NCBI GenBank assembly: GCA_028826165.1
Contig: JAPDFW010000061.1
Location: 124,001 to 188,000, forward strand
Length of the DNA stretch: 64,000 bases
Direction of reading: 5' to 3'
Source of the DNA: Anaeramoeba ignava BMAN
Taxonomy: Eukaryota; Protista; Anaeramoebae
Shown here: positions 26,201 to 38,762 of the stretch, piece after piece
Numbering within the stretch: the first letter of the stretch is position 1
Layout: each line of letters opens with the position of its first letter
The notes under the pieces: generated by a model
Told to the model about the DNA's origin: nothing
Seen by the model: only the letters and a program-made list of their open reading frames with translations
Databases searched by the model: none
Translations under genes and position numbers: made by a program

Positions 26201-26569
26201 CATAAAAATCAAATTGAAAATCCAAATCAACAAATTCAAGAATCCACTCAAAGATATTCAAAAGAAGATCAAGAAAGAAGAAGACATTATCATCAACCAA
26301 AAGATTCATCACTAAATTATCCAACTCATCATAGCAGAGAAACAAGAACATTTAATTTGCAAAGAGAAAGAACTTCGAATAAAGATCCACAAATTAATCC
26401 AATTCAAAAAAATTCTCAAAGAATAATTAGTTTAGATCAAGAGCATAATTTGAAGAATCGAGTCAGTTCTCGAATTTCAAAGTTTTCTACTTCTTCTGCT
26501 CATTCTCCAAAATATGAAAGAGAAAGACCAAAAGATCCTTATAAAAGATCTGGAGTTTTAAGAAAATAA
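17285..26569 (+). CDS. THOC2: THO complex subunit 2; exons 17285..17358, 21592..22408, 22493..26569
   Basis: Hallmark motifs KTRLVYKQPKFNLFEEESEGYSK, SLIGQFNLDPNRVVDIILDCFE, LLGFKFQFY, YDNMINPVIESFKYLT, FLENCIIPRC, REDIKLLASSY. Short exon 1 (MKSQQNKYFTTEFCENL..) splices in frame across intron 17359..21591. The stop-free 84-nt intron 22409..22492 (GTAAG..AAAG) is removed to restore NY|LLPSD. Confidence 0.93.
17385..21570. repeat. 12-bp A/T satellite (AAATTATAAATA)n, ~4.2 kb, filling THOC2 intron 1
   Basis: 12-nt periodicity, clearest at 20600-20880; essentially no G and only isolated C. Confidence 0.95.
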
Positions 26570-26649
26570 AACAAAAAGCAAATCAATAAACATTAAAAGA
26601 AAAAAAACCATTAACATTTTAATTACCAAATCTAAAAAATAAATTTTTA

Positions 26650-29000
26650 AATTAATTTGAAATAAAAATAAAATTAAATAAAATTGATTTAATTATTAAT
26701 ATTTATTTATTAAAATATTTTTATTATTTAGATTAATTTGAAATAAAATCCAAAAATAAAATTAAATAAAATAAAATTAATTATTAATATTTATTAATTA
26801 AAATATTTTTATTCCACTTTTTTTTAAATTAAAAAATATATTTAAAATTTAATTAAATTTATTTATAATATTTAATTATTTTTATTATTTAAATTAATTT
26901 GAAATTAAATCAAAAATAAAATTAAATAAAATAAATTTAATTATTAATATTTATTAATTAAAATATTTTTATTCCACTTTTTTTTGAATTAAAAATATAT
27001 TTAAAATTAAATTAAATTTATTAATAATATTTAATTATTTTTATTATTTAGATTAATTTGAAATTAAATCAAAAAATAAAATTAAATAAAATAAATTTAA
27101 TTATTAATATTTATTTATTAAAATATTTTTATTCCACTTTTTTTTAAATTAAAAATATATTTAAAATTAAATTAAATTTATTTATAATATTTAATTATTT
27201 TTATTATTTAGATTAATTTGAAATTAAAATCAAAAAATAAAATTGAATAAAATTGATTTAATTATTAATATTTATTTATTAAAATATTTTTATTCCACTT
27301 TTTTTTGAATTAAAAATATATTTAAAATTAAATTATATTTATTAATAATATTTAATTATTTTTATTATTTAGATTAATTTGAAATTAAAATCAAAAAATA
27401 AAATTAAATAAAATAAATTTAAATATTAATATTTATTTATTAAAAATATTTTTATTCCACTTTTTTTTAATTAAAAATATATTTAAAATTAAATTATATT
27501 TATTAATAATATTTAATTATTTTTATTATTTACATTAATTTGAAATAAAATCAAAAATAAAATTAAATAAAATTGATTTAATTATTAATATTTATTAATT
27601 AAAATATTTTTATTCCACTTTTTTTTAAATTAAAAAATATATTTAAAATTAAATTATATTTATTAATAATATTTAATTATTTTTATTATTTATATTAATT
27701 TGGAATTAAATCCAAAAATAAAATTGAATAAAATAAATTTAATTATTAATATTTATTTATTAAAATATTTTTATTCCACTTTTTTTTAATTAAAAAATAT
27801 ATTTAAAATTAAATTATATTTATTTATAATATTTAATTATTTTTATTATTTAGATTAATTTGAAATAAAATCCAAAAATAAAATTGAATAAAATAAATTT
27901 AAATATTAATATTTATTTATTAAAATATTTTTATTCCACTTTTTTTTAAATTAAAAAATATATTTAAAATTAAATTATATTTATTAATAATATTTAATTA
28001 TTTTTATTATTTAGATTAATTTGAAATTAAATCCAAAAATGAAATTAAATAAAATAAATTTAATTATTAATATTTATTAATTAAAATATTTTTATTCCAC
28101 TTTTTTTTTGAATTAAAAAATATATTTAAAATTAAATTAAATTTATTAATAATATTTAATTATTTTTATTATTTAAATTAATTTGAATTAAAATCAAAAA
28201 TAAAATTAAATAAAATAAATTTAAATATTAATATTTATTAATTAAAATATTTTTATTCCACTTTTTTTGAATTAAAAATATATTTAAAATTAAATTATAT
28301 TTATTAATAATATTTAATTATTTTTATTATTTAGATTAATTTAATTTAAAATCCAAAAATAAAATTAAATAAAATAAATTTAATTATTAATATTTATTTA
28401 TTAAAATATTTTTATTCCACTTTTTTTTAAATTAAAAAATATATTTAAAATTAAATTAAATTTATTAATAATATTTAATTATTTTTATTATTTAGATTAA
28501 TTTAATTTAAAATCCAAAAAATAAAATTAAATAAAATAAATTTAATTATTAATATTTATTTATTAAAATATTTTTATTCCACTTTTTGAATTAAAAATAT
28601 ATTTAAAATTAAATTAAATTTATTAATAATATTTAATTATTTTTATTATTTAGATTAATTTGAAATAAAATCCAAAAAATAAAATTAAATAAAATAAAAT
28701 TAATTATTTTTATTTATTTATTAAAATATTTTTATTCCACTTTTTTTTAAATTAAAAAATATATTTAAAATTAAATTATATTTATTAATAATATTTAATT
28801 ATTTTTATTATTTAGATTAATTTGAAATAAAATCCAAAAATAAAATTAAATAAAATAAATTTAATTATTAATATTTATTTATTAAAATATTTTTATTCCA
28901 CTTTTTTTTGAATTAAAAATATATTTAAAATTAAATTATATTTATTAATAATATTTAATTATTTTTATTATTTAGATTAATTTGAAATAAAATCCAAAAA
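26650..29000. repeat. ~160-bp tandem repeat, ~14-15 copies, each with TTTTATTCCACTTTTTT
   Basis: TTCCAC recurs at about 26812, 26972, 27132, 27293, 27455, 27613, 27774, 27934, 28095, 28256, 28415, 28577, 28735 and 28895. Confidence 0.95.
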
Positions 29001-29051
29001 AAAAAGTGGAATAAAAAAATAAATAAAAACAAAAAAATAAAAATAAAATAA

Positions 29052-29124
29052 CTCTCGGGGGAGGGATCGAACCTCCAACCTTTTGATTAACAGTCAAACG
29101 CGCTGCCGATTACGCTACCCAAGA
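29052..29124 (-). tRNA. tRNA-Asn (GTT)
   Basis: Minus strand TCTTGGGTAGCGTAATCGGCAGCGCGTTTGACTGTTAATCAAAAGGTTGGAGGTTCGATCCCTCCCCCGAGAG: 7-bp acceptor stem, TTTGA/TCAAA anticodon stem with GTT, GGTTCGA T-loop, G73 discriminator, downstream T-runs (Pol III terminator). Confidence 0.96.
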
Positions 29125-29763
29125 TAATTTAATTTAATTTAATTTAAATTATTTTTTTTTTCTTATTTTTTTTTTTAAAAAGTGGGTTATTTAAATTATT
29201 AAAAATATAAAATTCTTTTTTTTTTTAATTTTTTTTTTATTAATTAAAATTAAATTATTTAAATCAATTCTTTTAATAAATTCCTTTCTTTTTCTTTTAA
29301 ACTTTTTCTAAAGATTAAAAATCAATGTCTAATTTATTCTTTTCTTTTTCTCTTTTTTTAATAAAAAAGTGGAATAAATTTTTTGATCTTTAACATATAA
29401 ATATAAAAAATGGGAATAGATTTAATTTAATATTTAATTTATAAATTAATTTGAAAATATAATTTAATATTTAATTTTATGTTTAAAATAATAATTTAAT
29501 GTTTTAAATTTAAATATTTTATTATTTAAATATTTAACATAAAAATATAAAAAATAAGAATAGATTTAATTTAATATTTAATTTATAAATTAATTTAAAA
29601 ATATAATTTAATATTTAATTTTATTATTAAAATAATAATTTAATGTTTTAAATTTAAATATTTTATTTTAATTTTAATTTTAATTTTAATTTTAATTTTA
29701 ATTTTGATTTTAATTTTAATTTGAATTTTGATTTTGATTTTAATTTTAATTTTAATTTTAATT

Positions 29764-31524
29764 TTAATTTTGATTATTAAATTTGTTAATTAATAAATCA
29801 AATAAATTTGGATTTGTTTGATTTAATTGAAAATAATCAATTCCAATTTGAATTTCATTAATCATTTCTTGTGTAATTTGAATTTCATTTTTAATTTGAT
29901 TTGAATAAATCCAATATTCAAATATTTGAAATGATTTATTACTTAATTCACTATAATCTGTAACTTTATTAGATTTATCTTCAGTTACAGATAAAAACAT
30001 TCCTCGATATAATTCACTTCTCATTATTAATATTAATTTTGGAAATTTATATTTCTTTTCTTTTCTTTCAATTATAAAATCTTTTCCATTTTCATTTAAA
30101 TAAATTCTTTTCATTGTTTCTTCAATTTTTTCATTTAAATTTATAATTTCTTTAATTTTTGAATATAATTTTGGATTTATAATTCTGTTTGAATAAATCA
30201 TTTCAAATATTTGATTTGATTCTTTAATTGATTTTTTTGAAATAATTTCTCGAAGTTTTTCAATTTGATTTTCATTTTGATTTTGATTTAATCTATATTT
30301 CAATATTAATTTATGAGCTTCAATTATTTCTCCATTTTTGGTTTTAAATGAAATATCACAAAATTCTTTTCTTTCAAATAATTTTATCAAATCTTCTTCA
30401 AGATTGGAAAAAGAAGGTGAATAATAAAGAAATGATTTAAATTCTCCACAAGAAATATGATAATTAGAAATATTTTCATTAAATCTTAATTTAGGAAGTT
30501 CAATTTGAATTGGAATTGATTGATATTCTGCATCTCCAGTTCCTAATTGACCATAAAAATTATCTCCAAATACTATTAATTTTGATTTAGAAGTTAAAAT
30601 CAAAGTATGATCGAATCCAACAGAAAAATCAAGAATATCATCATCATTTTCAAATAAAGATGATTTGATTTCAGTAAATTCATAAGTATTTTCATCTTTA
30701 CCAAGTCCATTATATAGATAATTCCCACATGAATAAAGTTTTCTTTTTGGATTTTCATTTTCATTTTCATTTTCAATCAACATTATTGAATAGGAATCTC
30801 CACATTTAATATCAATTATTTTGCCTTTTGGAATATTTTGGATTTTAGTTAATTTATGGATTTTTGTTTCTTCTTTTCTTGATTCTCCTAATCCAAGTTG
30901 ACCATAATAATTATATCCGCATCCAAATAATTCTTGATTTGAATTTAAAAGAAAAACATATATTGAAGTATTTCCTGAAAATATTTTAGAAACATTTTTC
31001 ATCATTAAAATTGGTTTTTCTGTTTTTTTAAATGTTTTAGAATCAAAAACAAGTTGACTATGTTGATTTGAACCAATTCCATAAGCATTTTGATTTGAAG
31101 TTAATAAGTAAATTGAATTGAATCCAGAAACAATATCTTGAATTATTCTATCATTTGTATCTTCAATTAATGATGAAATATTGATAAATTCTTTTTTATT
31201 TTTTGGATTAATATCAATTCCTTTTGCAAATACATTTCCTTCTATTGTTAAAATAGCTTCATTTCGATAATCAACAGATACTTTTTGAATATTTTCAATT
31301 TGGATTTTTTCAGGTTTTTGATTTGGATCATTTTCTTTTGAATATTCTATTGCTTTTCCATTTTCAAAAAGGAAAATTATTACAAATTTTCCTGATGAAA
31401 TTTGTTTAATTTGTTTTTCATTTTCATTTTCAAATTTAAATTGAATTGGTTTTATTATTAAATTTGGTTCATTTTTGATAATAATTGGAGATTGATTTAA
31501 ACCAAAAAATAAACAATCATTCAT
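29764..31524 (-). CDS. RCC1-repeat + tandem BTB/POZ protein, array A copy 1 (intact)
   Basis: RCC1 motifs GCGYNYYGQLGLG, VGFDHTLILT, GDNFYGQLGTG; BTB motifs FCDISF..AHKLILKYR and DFII..PKLILIMRSELYRGMF. Confidence 0.92.
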   Translation of the reverse strand: MNDCLFFGLNQSPIIIKNEPNLIIKPIQFKFENENEKQIKQISSGKFVIIFLFENGKAIEYSKENDPNQKPEKIQIENIQKVSVDYRNEAILTIEGNVFAKGIDINPKNKKEFINISSLIEDTNDRIIQDIVSGFNSIYLLTSNQNAYGIGSNQHSQLVFDSKTFKKTEKPILMMKNVSKIFSGNTSIYVFLLNSNQELFGCGYNYYGQLGLGESRKEETKIHKLTKIQNIPKGKIIDIKCGDSYSIMLIENENENENPKRKLYSCGNYLYNGLGKDENTYEFTEIKSSLFENDDDILDFSVGFDHTLILTSKSKLIVFGDNFYGQLGTGDAEYQSIPIQIELPKLRFNENISNYHISCGEFKSFLYYSPSFSNLEEDLIKLFERKEFCDISFKTKNGEIIEAHKLILKYRLNQNQNENQIEKLREIISKKSIKESNQIFEMIYSNRIINPKLYSKIKEIINLNEKIEETMKRIYLNENGKDFIIERKEKKYKFPKLILIMRSELYRGMFLSVTEDKSNKVTDYSELSNKSFQIFEYWIYSNQIKNEIQITQEMINEIQIGIDYFQLNQTNPNLFDLLINKFNNQN

Positions 31525-31639
31525 TTTTGAAAAGAAAAAAATGAAAAAATGAAAAAATAAAAAAATAATTTTTGGAATTTTAATTTAAATTTTAATTTGA
31601 ATTTTAATTTTGATTATTAAATTTGTTAATTAATAAATT

Positions 31640-32080
31640 TTAATTTTTAATTTTAATTTTAAATATAATTTTAAATTTAAATTTTGATTTTAATTTTAAT
31701 TTTAATTTTAATTTTAATTTTAATTTTGATTTTAATTTTAATTTTGATTTTAATTTTAATTTTAATTTTAATTTTAATTTTAATTTTAATTTTAATTTTA
31801 ATTTTAATTTTAATTTTAATTTTAATTTTAATTTTAATTTTAATTAATAAATTTTAATTTTTAATTTTAATTTTAAATTTTAATTTTTGATTTTTTAATT
31901 TAATTTTAATTTTAATTTTAATTTTAATTTTAATTTTGATTTTAATTTTAATTTTAATTTTAATTTTAATTTTAATTTTAATTTTAATTTTAATTTTGAT
32001 TTTAATTTTGATTTTTAATTTTAATTTTAATTTTAATTTTAATTTTAATTTTAATTTTAATTTTGATTTTAATTTTAATT
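31640..32080. repeat. (TTTTAA)n hexamer spacer between RCC1-BTB paralogs; similar tracts at ~29660-29763, 33910-34036, 59440-59646, 61460-61812 and 63670-64000
   Basis: Direct periodicity. Confidence 0.9.
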
Positions 32081-33860
32081 TTAATTTTGATTTTGATTAT
32101 TAAATTTGTTAATTAATAAATCAAATAAATTTGGATTTGTTTGATTTAATTGAAAATAATCAATTCCAATTTCAATTTCATTAATAATTTGTTGTGTAAT
32201 TTGAATTTCTTCTTTAATTTGATTTGAATAAATCCAATATTCAAATATTTCAAATGATTTATTACTTAATTCACTATAATCTGTAACTTTATTTGATTTA
32301 TCTTCAGTTACAGATAAAAACATTCCTCGATATAATTCACTTCTCATTATTAATATTAATTTTGGAAATTTATATTGTTTTTCTTTTCTTTCAATTATAA
32401 AATCTTTTTCATTTTCATTTTCATTTAAATAAATTCTTTTCATTGTTTCTTCAATTTTTTCATTTGAATTTATAATTTCTTTAATTTCAGAATATAATTT
32501 TGGATTTATTATTCTGTTTGAATAAATCATTTCAAATATTTGATTTGATTCTTTAATTGATTTTTTTGAAATAATTTCTTGAAGTTTTTCAATTTGATTT
32601 TCATTTTGATTTTGATTTAATCTATATTTCAATATTAATTTATGAGCTTCAATTATTTCTCCATTTTTGGTTTTAAATGAAATATCACAAAATTCTTTTC
32701 TTTCAAATAATTTTATCAAATCTTCTTCAAGATTGGAAAAAGAAGGTGAATAATAAAGAAATGATTTATGATAACCACAAGAAATATGATAATTTGAAAT
32801 ATTTTCATTAAATCTTAATTTAGGAAGTTCGATTTGAATTGGAATTAATTGTTCTTCTGTATCTCCAGTTCCTAATGGGCCATAAAAATTATCTCCAAAT
32901 CCAATTAATTTTGAATTGGAGGTTAAAATCAAAGTATGATCGAATCCAACAGAAAAATCAATAATATCATCATTTTCAAATAAAGATGATTTGATTTCAG
33001 TAAATTCATAAATATTTTCATCTTTGCCAAGTCCATTATATTCATAATATCCACATGAATAAAGTTTTCTTTTTGGATTTTCATTTTGATTTTCAATCAA
33101 CATTATTGAATACGGATGCCCACATTGAATATCAATTATTTTGCCCTTTTGGAATATTTTGTATTTTGGTTAATTTTTGAACGTTTGTTTCTTCTTTTCT
33201 TGATTCTCCTAATCCAAGTTGACCATAATAATTATATCCGCATCCAAATAATTCTTGATTTGAATTTAAAAGAAAAATGTATCTTGAACAATTTCCTGAA
33301 AATATTTTAGAAACATTTTTCATCATTAAAATTGGTTTTTCTGTTTTTTTAAATGTTTTAGAATCAAAACCAAGTTGACTATGTTCATTTAAACCAATTC
33401 CATAAGCATTTTGATTTGAAGTTAATAAGTAAATTGAATTGAATCCAGAAACAACATCTTCAATTATTCTATCATTTGTATCTTCAATTAATGATGAAAT
33501 ATTGATAAATTCTTTTGGATTTTTTGGATTAATATCAATCCCTTTTGCAAATAAATTTCCTTCTAATGTTAAAATAGCTTCATTTCGATAGCCAACAGTT
33601 ACTTTTTGAATATTTTCTTCAATTTGGATTTTTTGAGGATTTTGTTTTGAATCATTTTCTTTTGGATATTCTATTGCTTTTCCATTTTTAAAAAGGAAAA
33701 TTGTTGAAAATAAACTTGTTGAAATTTGTTTAATTTGTTTTTCATTTTCATTTTCATTTTCATTTTCAAATTTAAATTGAATTGGTTTTATTATTTTATC
33801 TTGTTCATTTTTGATAAGAATTGGAGATTGATTTAAACCAAAAAATAAAATTTCATTCAT
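32081..33860 (-). CDS. RCC1-BTB-BTB protein, array A copy 2 (one +1 frameshift near 33145; sequencing error or pseudogene)
   Basis: ORFs 33132..33860 and 32081..33103 are collinear halves of copy 1, with an extra G at the PKG codon. Confidence 0.85.
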
Positions 33861-34036
33861 TTTTGAAAAGAAAAAAATGAAAAAAATGAAAAATGATTTT
33901 TATTTTTATTTTTTGAATTTTAATTTTAATTTTGATTTTAATTGTAAATTTTAATTTTAATTTTAATTTTAATTTTAATTTTAATTTTAATTTTAGATTT
34001 TAATTTTAATTTTGAATTTTAATTTTAATTTTAATT

Positions 34037-35811
34037 TTAATTTTGATTATTAAATTTGTTAATTAATAAATCAAATAAATTTGGATTTGTTTGATTTAAT
34101 TGAAAATAATCAATTCCAATTTCAATTTCATTAATAATTTGTTGTGTAATTTGAATTTCATCTTTTAATTTGATTTGAATAAATCCAATATTCAAATATT
34201 TCAAATGATTTATTACTTAATTCACTATAATCTGTAACTTTATTTAGATTTATCTTCTGTTACAGATAAAAACATTCCTCGATATAATTCACTTCTCATT
34301 ATTAATATTAATTTTGGAAATTTATATTGTTTTTCTTTTCTTTCAATTATAAAATCTTTTTCATTTTCATTTAAATAAATTCTTTTCATTGTTTCTTCAA
34401 TTTTTTCATTTGAATTTATAATTTCTTTAATTTCAGAATATAATATTGGATTTATTATTCTGTTTGAATAAATCATTTCAAATATTTGATTTGATTCTTT
34501 AATTGATTTTTTTGAAATAATTTCTCGAAGTTTTTCAATTTGATTTTGATTTTGATTTAATCTATATTTCAATATTAATTTGTGAGCTGAGATTATTTCT
34601 CCATTTTCTGTTTTAAATGAAATATCACAAAATTCTTTTCTTCTAAATAGTTTTATCAAATCTTCTTCAAGATTGGAAAAAGAAGAATAATAATAAAGAA
34701 ATGATTTATGAAATCCACAAGAAATATGATAATTTGAAATATTTTCATTAAATCTTAATTTAGGAAGTTCAATTTGAATTGGAATTAATTGTTCTTCTGC
34801 ATCTCCAGTTCCTAATTGACCATGTTCATTATCTCCAAATCCAATTAATTTTGAATTAGAAGTTAAAATCAAAGTATGATCGAATCCAACAGAAATATCA
34901 AGAATATCATCATTTTCAAATAAAGATGATTTGATTTCAGTAAATTCATAAGTATTTTCATCTTTGCCAAGTCCATTATATTCATAATATCCACATGAAT
35001 AAAGTTTTCTTTTTGGATTTTCATTTTCATTTTCATTTTCATTTTCAATCAACATTATTGAATACGGATGCCCACATTTAATATCAATTATTTTGCCTTT
35101 TGGAATATTTTGGATTTTGGTTAATTTTTGAACATTTGTTTCTTCTTTTCTTGATTCTCCTAATCCAAGTTGACCATAATAATTATATCCGCATACAAAT
35201 AATTCTTGATTTGAATTTAAAAGAAAAACATATCTTGAACAATTTCCTGAAAATATTTTAGAAACATTTTTCATCATTAAAATTGGTTTTTCTGTTTTTT
35301 TAAGTGTTTTAGAATCAAAACCAAGTTGACCAAATTGATTTGAGCCAATACCATAAACATTATGATTTGAAGTTAATAAGTAAATTGAATTGAATCCAGA
35401 AACAACATCTTCAATTATTCTATCATTTGTATCTTCAATTAATGATGAAATATTGATAAATTCATTTGGATTTTTTAGATTAATATCAATTCCTTTTGCA
35501 AATACATTTCCTTCTATTGTTAAAATAGCTTCATTTCGATAGCCAACAGTTACTTTTTGAATATTTTCTTCAATTTGGATTTTTTGAGGATTTTGTTTTG
35601 AATCTTCTTCATTTAAATATTCTATTGCTTTTCCATTTTCAAAAAGGAAAATTGTTGAAAATAAACTTGTTGAAATTTGTTTAATTTGTTTTTCATTTTC
35701 ATTTTCATTTTCATTTTCAAATTTAAATTGAATTGGTTTTGTTATTTTATCTTGTTCATTTTTGATAAGAATTGGAGATTGATTTAAACCAAAAAATATA
35801 ATTTCATTCAT
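34037..35811 (-). CDS. RCC1-BTB-BTB protein, array A copy 3 (homopolymer frameshifts near 34243 and 34165)
   Basis: 523-aa ORF, with the homologous C-terminal sequence continuing to a TAA at 34037..34039. Confidence 0.85.
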
Positions 35812-35873
35812 TTTTGGAAAAGAAAAAAATGAAAAAAATAATTTTGGAATTTTTATTTATTTTGATTTTGATT

Positions 35874-37635
35874 TTAATTTTGATTATTAAATTTGTTAAT
35901 TAATAAATCAAATAAATTTGGATATGTTTGATTTAATTGAAAATAATCAATTCCAATTTCAATTTCATTAATAATTTGTTGTGTAATTTGAATTTCATCT
36001 TTAATTTGATTTGAATAAATCCAATATTCAAATATTTGAAATGATTTATTACTTAATTCACTATAATCTGTAACTTTATTAGATTTATCTTCAGTTACAG
36101 ATAAAAACATTCCTCGATATAATTCACTTCTCATTATTAATATTAATTTTGGGAAATTTATATTGTTTTTCTTTTCTTTCAATTATAAAATCTTTTTCAT
36201 TTTCATTTAAATAAATTCTTTTCATTGTTTCTTCAATTTTTTCATTTAAATTTATAATTTCTTTAATTTCAGAATATAATATTGGATTTATTTTGGAATT
36301 GTTTGAATAAATCATTTCAAATATTTGATTTGATTCTTTAATTGATTTTTTTGAAATAATTTCTTTAAGTTTTTCAATTTGATTTTCATTTTGATTTAAT
36401 CTATATTTCAATATTAATTTATGAGCTTCAATTATTTCTCCATTTTTGGTTTTAAATGAAATATCACAAAATTCTTTTCTTTTAAATAATTTTATCAAAT
36501 CTTCTTCAAGATTGGAAAAAGAAGGAGAATAATAAAGAAATGATTTAAATTCTCCACAAGAAATATGATAATTAGAAATATCTTCATTAAATCTTAATTT
36601 AGGAAGTTCAATTTGAATTGGAATTAATTGATCTTCTGTATTTCCGGTTCCTAATTCACCATAATTATTACTTCCAAATCCAATTAATTTTGAATTGGAG
36701 GTTAAAATCAAAGTATGTTCACTTCCACAAGAAATTTCTTGAATATTATCATTTTCAAATAAAGATGATTTGATTTCAGTAAATTCATAAGTATTTTCTT
36801 TTTTGCCAAGTCCATTACATCCAGAATACCCACATGAATAAAGTTTTCTGTTTTCATTTTCATCTTCAATCAACATTATTGAATGTGAATTTCCGCATTG
36901 AATATCAGTAATTGTTCCTTTTGGAATATTTTGGATTTTGGTTAATTTATCGATTTTCCAATCTTTTATTGATTCTCCTAATCCAAGTTGACCATAATAA
37001 TTATTACCACATCCAAATAATTCTCGATTTGAATTTAAAAGAAAAACAGAATTCGAGCAACTTCCTGAAAATATTTTAGAAACATTTTTCATCATTAAAA
37101 TTGGTTTGTGTGGTTTATATAGATATTTATCAACAACTTCGTTATAGAATTCTGGACCATTTCCATAAGCATTTTGATTTGAAGTTAATAAGTAAATTGA
37201 TTCTCTTCCACAAACAATATCTTCAATTATTCTATCATTTATATCTTCAATTAATGATGAAATATTGATAAATTCATTTGTATTTTCTGGATTAATATCA
37301 ATTCCTTTTGCAAATACATTTCCTTTAAAAGTTAACATAATTTTATTCTGAAAACCAATAGATATTTTTTTGATATTTTTATTTTGTATTTGGTAAGGAT
37401 TTTTATCTAGTTCATCTTCTTCTAAGTATTCTATTGCTTTTCCATTTTCAAAAAGGAAAATTGTTGAAGATTCACTTGTTGAAATTTGTTTAATTTGTTT
37501 TTCATTTTCATTTTCATTTTCAAATTTAAATTGAATAGGTTTTGTTATTTTATTTGATTTAGATAAAAAGTGAAATTTTATATTTAAACCAAAAAATAAA
37601 ATTTTCTGTTGTTTTTGTTGTTGTTTTTTTTTCAT
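35874..37635 (-). CDS. RCC1-BTB-BTB protein, array A copy 4 (frameshift near 36151)
   Basis: ORFs 36124..37635 and 35874..36182 are consecutive parts of one paralog; it has the most divergent propeller of the array. Confidence 0.85.
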
Positions 37636-37664
37636 TTTGTAAAGAAAAAAAATGAAAAAAATGG

Positions 37665-38680
37665 AAATAGATTTGATTTATTATTTAATTTGGAATTAAG
37701 TTTAAAATATAATTTAATTAATATTTTTATTATTAATTTAATATTTTTTAATTCAATATTTTTTATATTTTTTTTTTTTATTTAATTTTTTATTTAATTT
37801 TTTATTTAATTTTTTATTTAAATTTTTAATTAATTTTTTAAATATTTTTAATTTTAATTTATTTTTATTTAATTTTTGAATTAATTTTTAAAATATAATT
37901 TAATTAATATTTTTATTATTAATTTAATATTTTTTTAATTTAATATTTTTTTTATATTTGTTTATTTTTATTTAATTTTTATTTAATTTTTATTTAATTT
38001 TTAATAGATTTAATTTATTATTTAATTTGGAATTAAGTTTAAAATATAATTTAATTAACATTTTTATTATTAATTTAATATTTTTATATTTTTATTTAAT
38101 TTTTATTTAATTTTTAATTAATTTTTATTTAATTTTTAATAGATTTGATTTATTATTTAATTTTGGAATTAAGTTTAAAATATAATTTAATTAACATTTT
38201 TATTATTAATTTAATATTTTTAATTCAAAATATTTTTATATTTTTTTATTTAATTTTTTATTTAATTTTTATTTAATTTTTTTAATAGATTTGATTTATT
38301 ATTTAATTCGGAATTAAGTTTAAAATATAATTTAATTAACATTTTTATTATTAATTTAATATTTTTAATTCAAAATTATTTATATCTGTTTATTTAATTT
38401 TTTATTTAATTTTTTAATTAATTTTTTAATAGATTTGATTTATAATTTATTTTGGAATTAAGTTTAAAATATAATTTAATTAACATTTTTATTATTAATT
38501 TAATATTTTTTAATTTAAAATTTTTTATATTTGTTTATTTAATTTTTTATTTAATTTTTTAATTAATTTTTTAATAGATTTGATTTATAATTTAATTTGT
38601 GAATTAAGTTTAAAATATAATTTAATTAACATTTTTATTATTAATTTAATATTTTTTAATAGATTTAATTGTTTATTTAA
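37665..38680. repeat. Degenerate ~140-bp A/T-rich tandem repeat (core ATAGATTTGATTTATTATTTAATTTGGAATTAAGTTTAAAATATAAT), ~6-7 copies, in a divergent intergenic region
   Basis: GAATTAAGTTTAAAATATAATTTAATTAA recurs near 37695, 38030, 38165, 38310, 38455 and 38600. Confidence 0.85.
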
Positions 38681-38762
38681 TTTGTTTTAAATTAAATCAA
38701 AAATTCTCACAAAAATTATTGATTTCTTTTTTTCATTTTTTTTCCAAAACAAAGCAAAATAA

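Noticed and set aside
12438-26569. Inteins or mobile elements in the long ORFs
   Set aside because: No Hint/LAGLIDADG, transposase, RT or integrase motifs recognised, and no terminal repeats with target-site duplications.
29052-29124. Bacterial or organellar origin of tRNA-Asn because of U1-A72
   Set aside because: The D-arm and variable region look eukaryotic, there is no encoded CCA, and a Pol III T-run follows.
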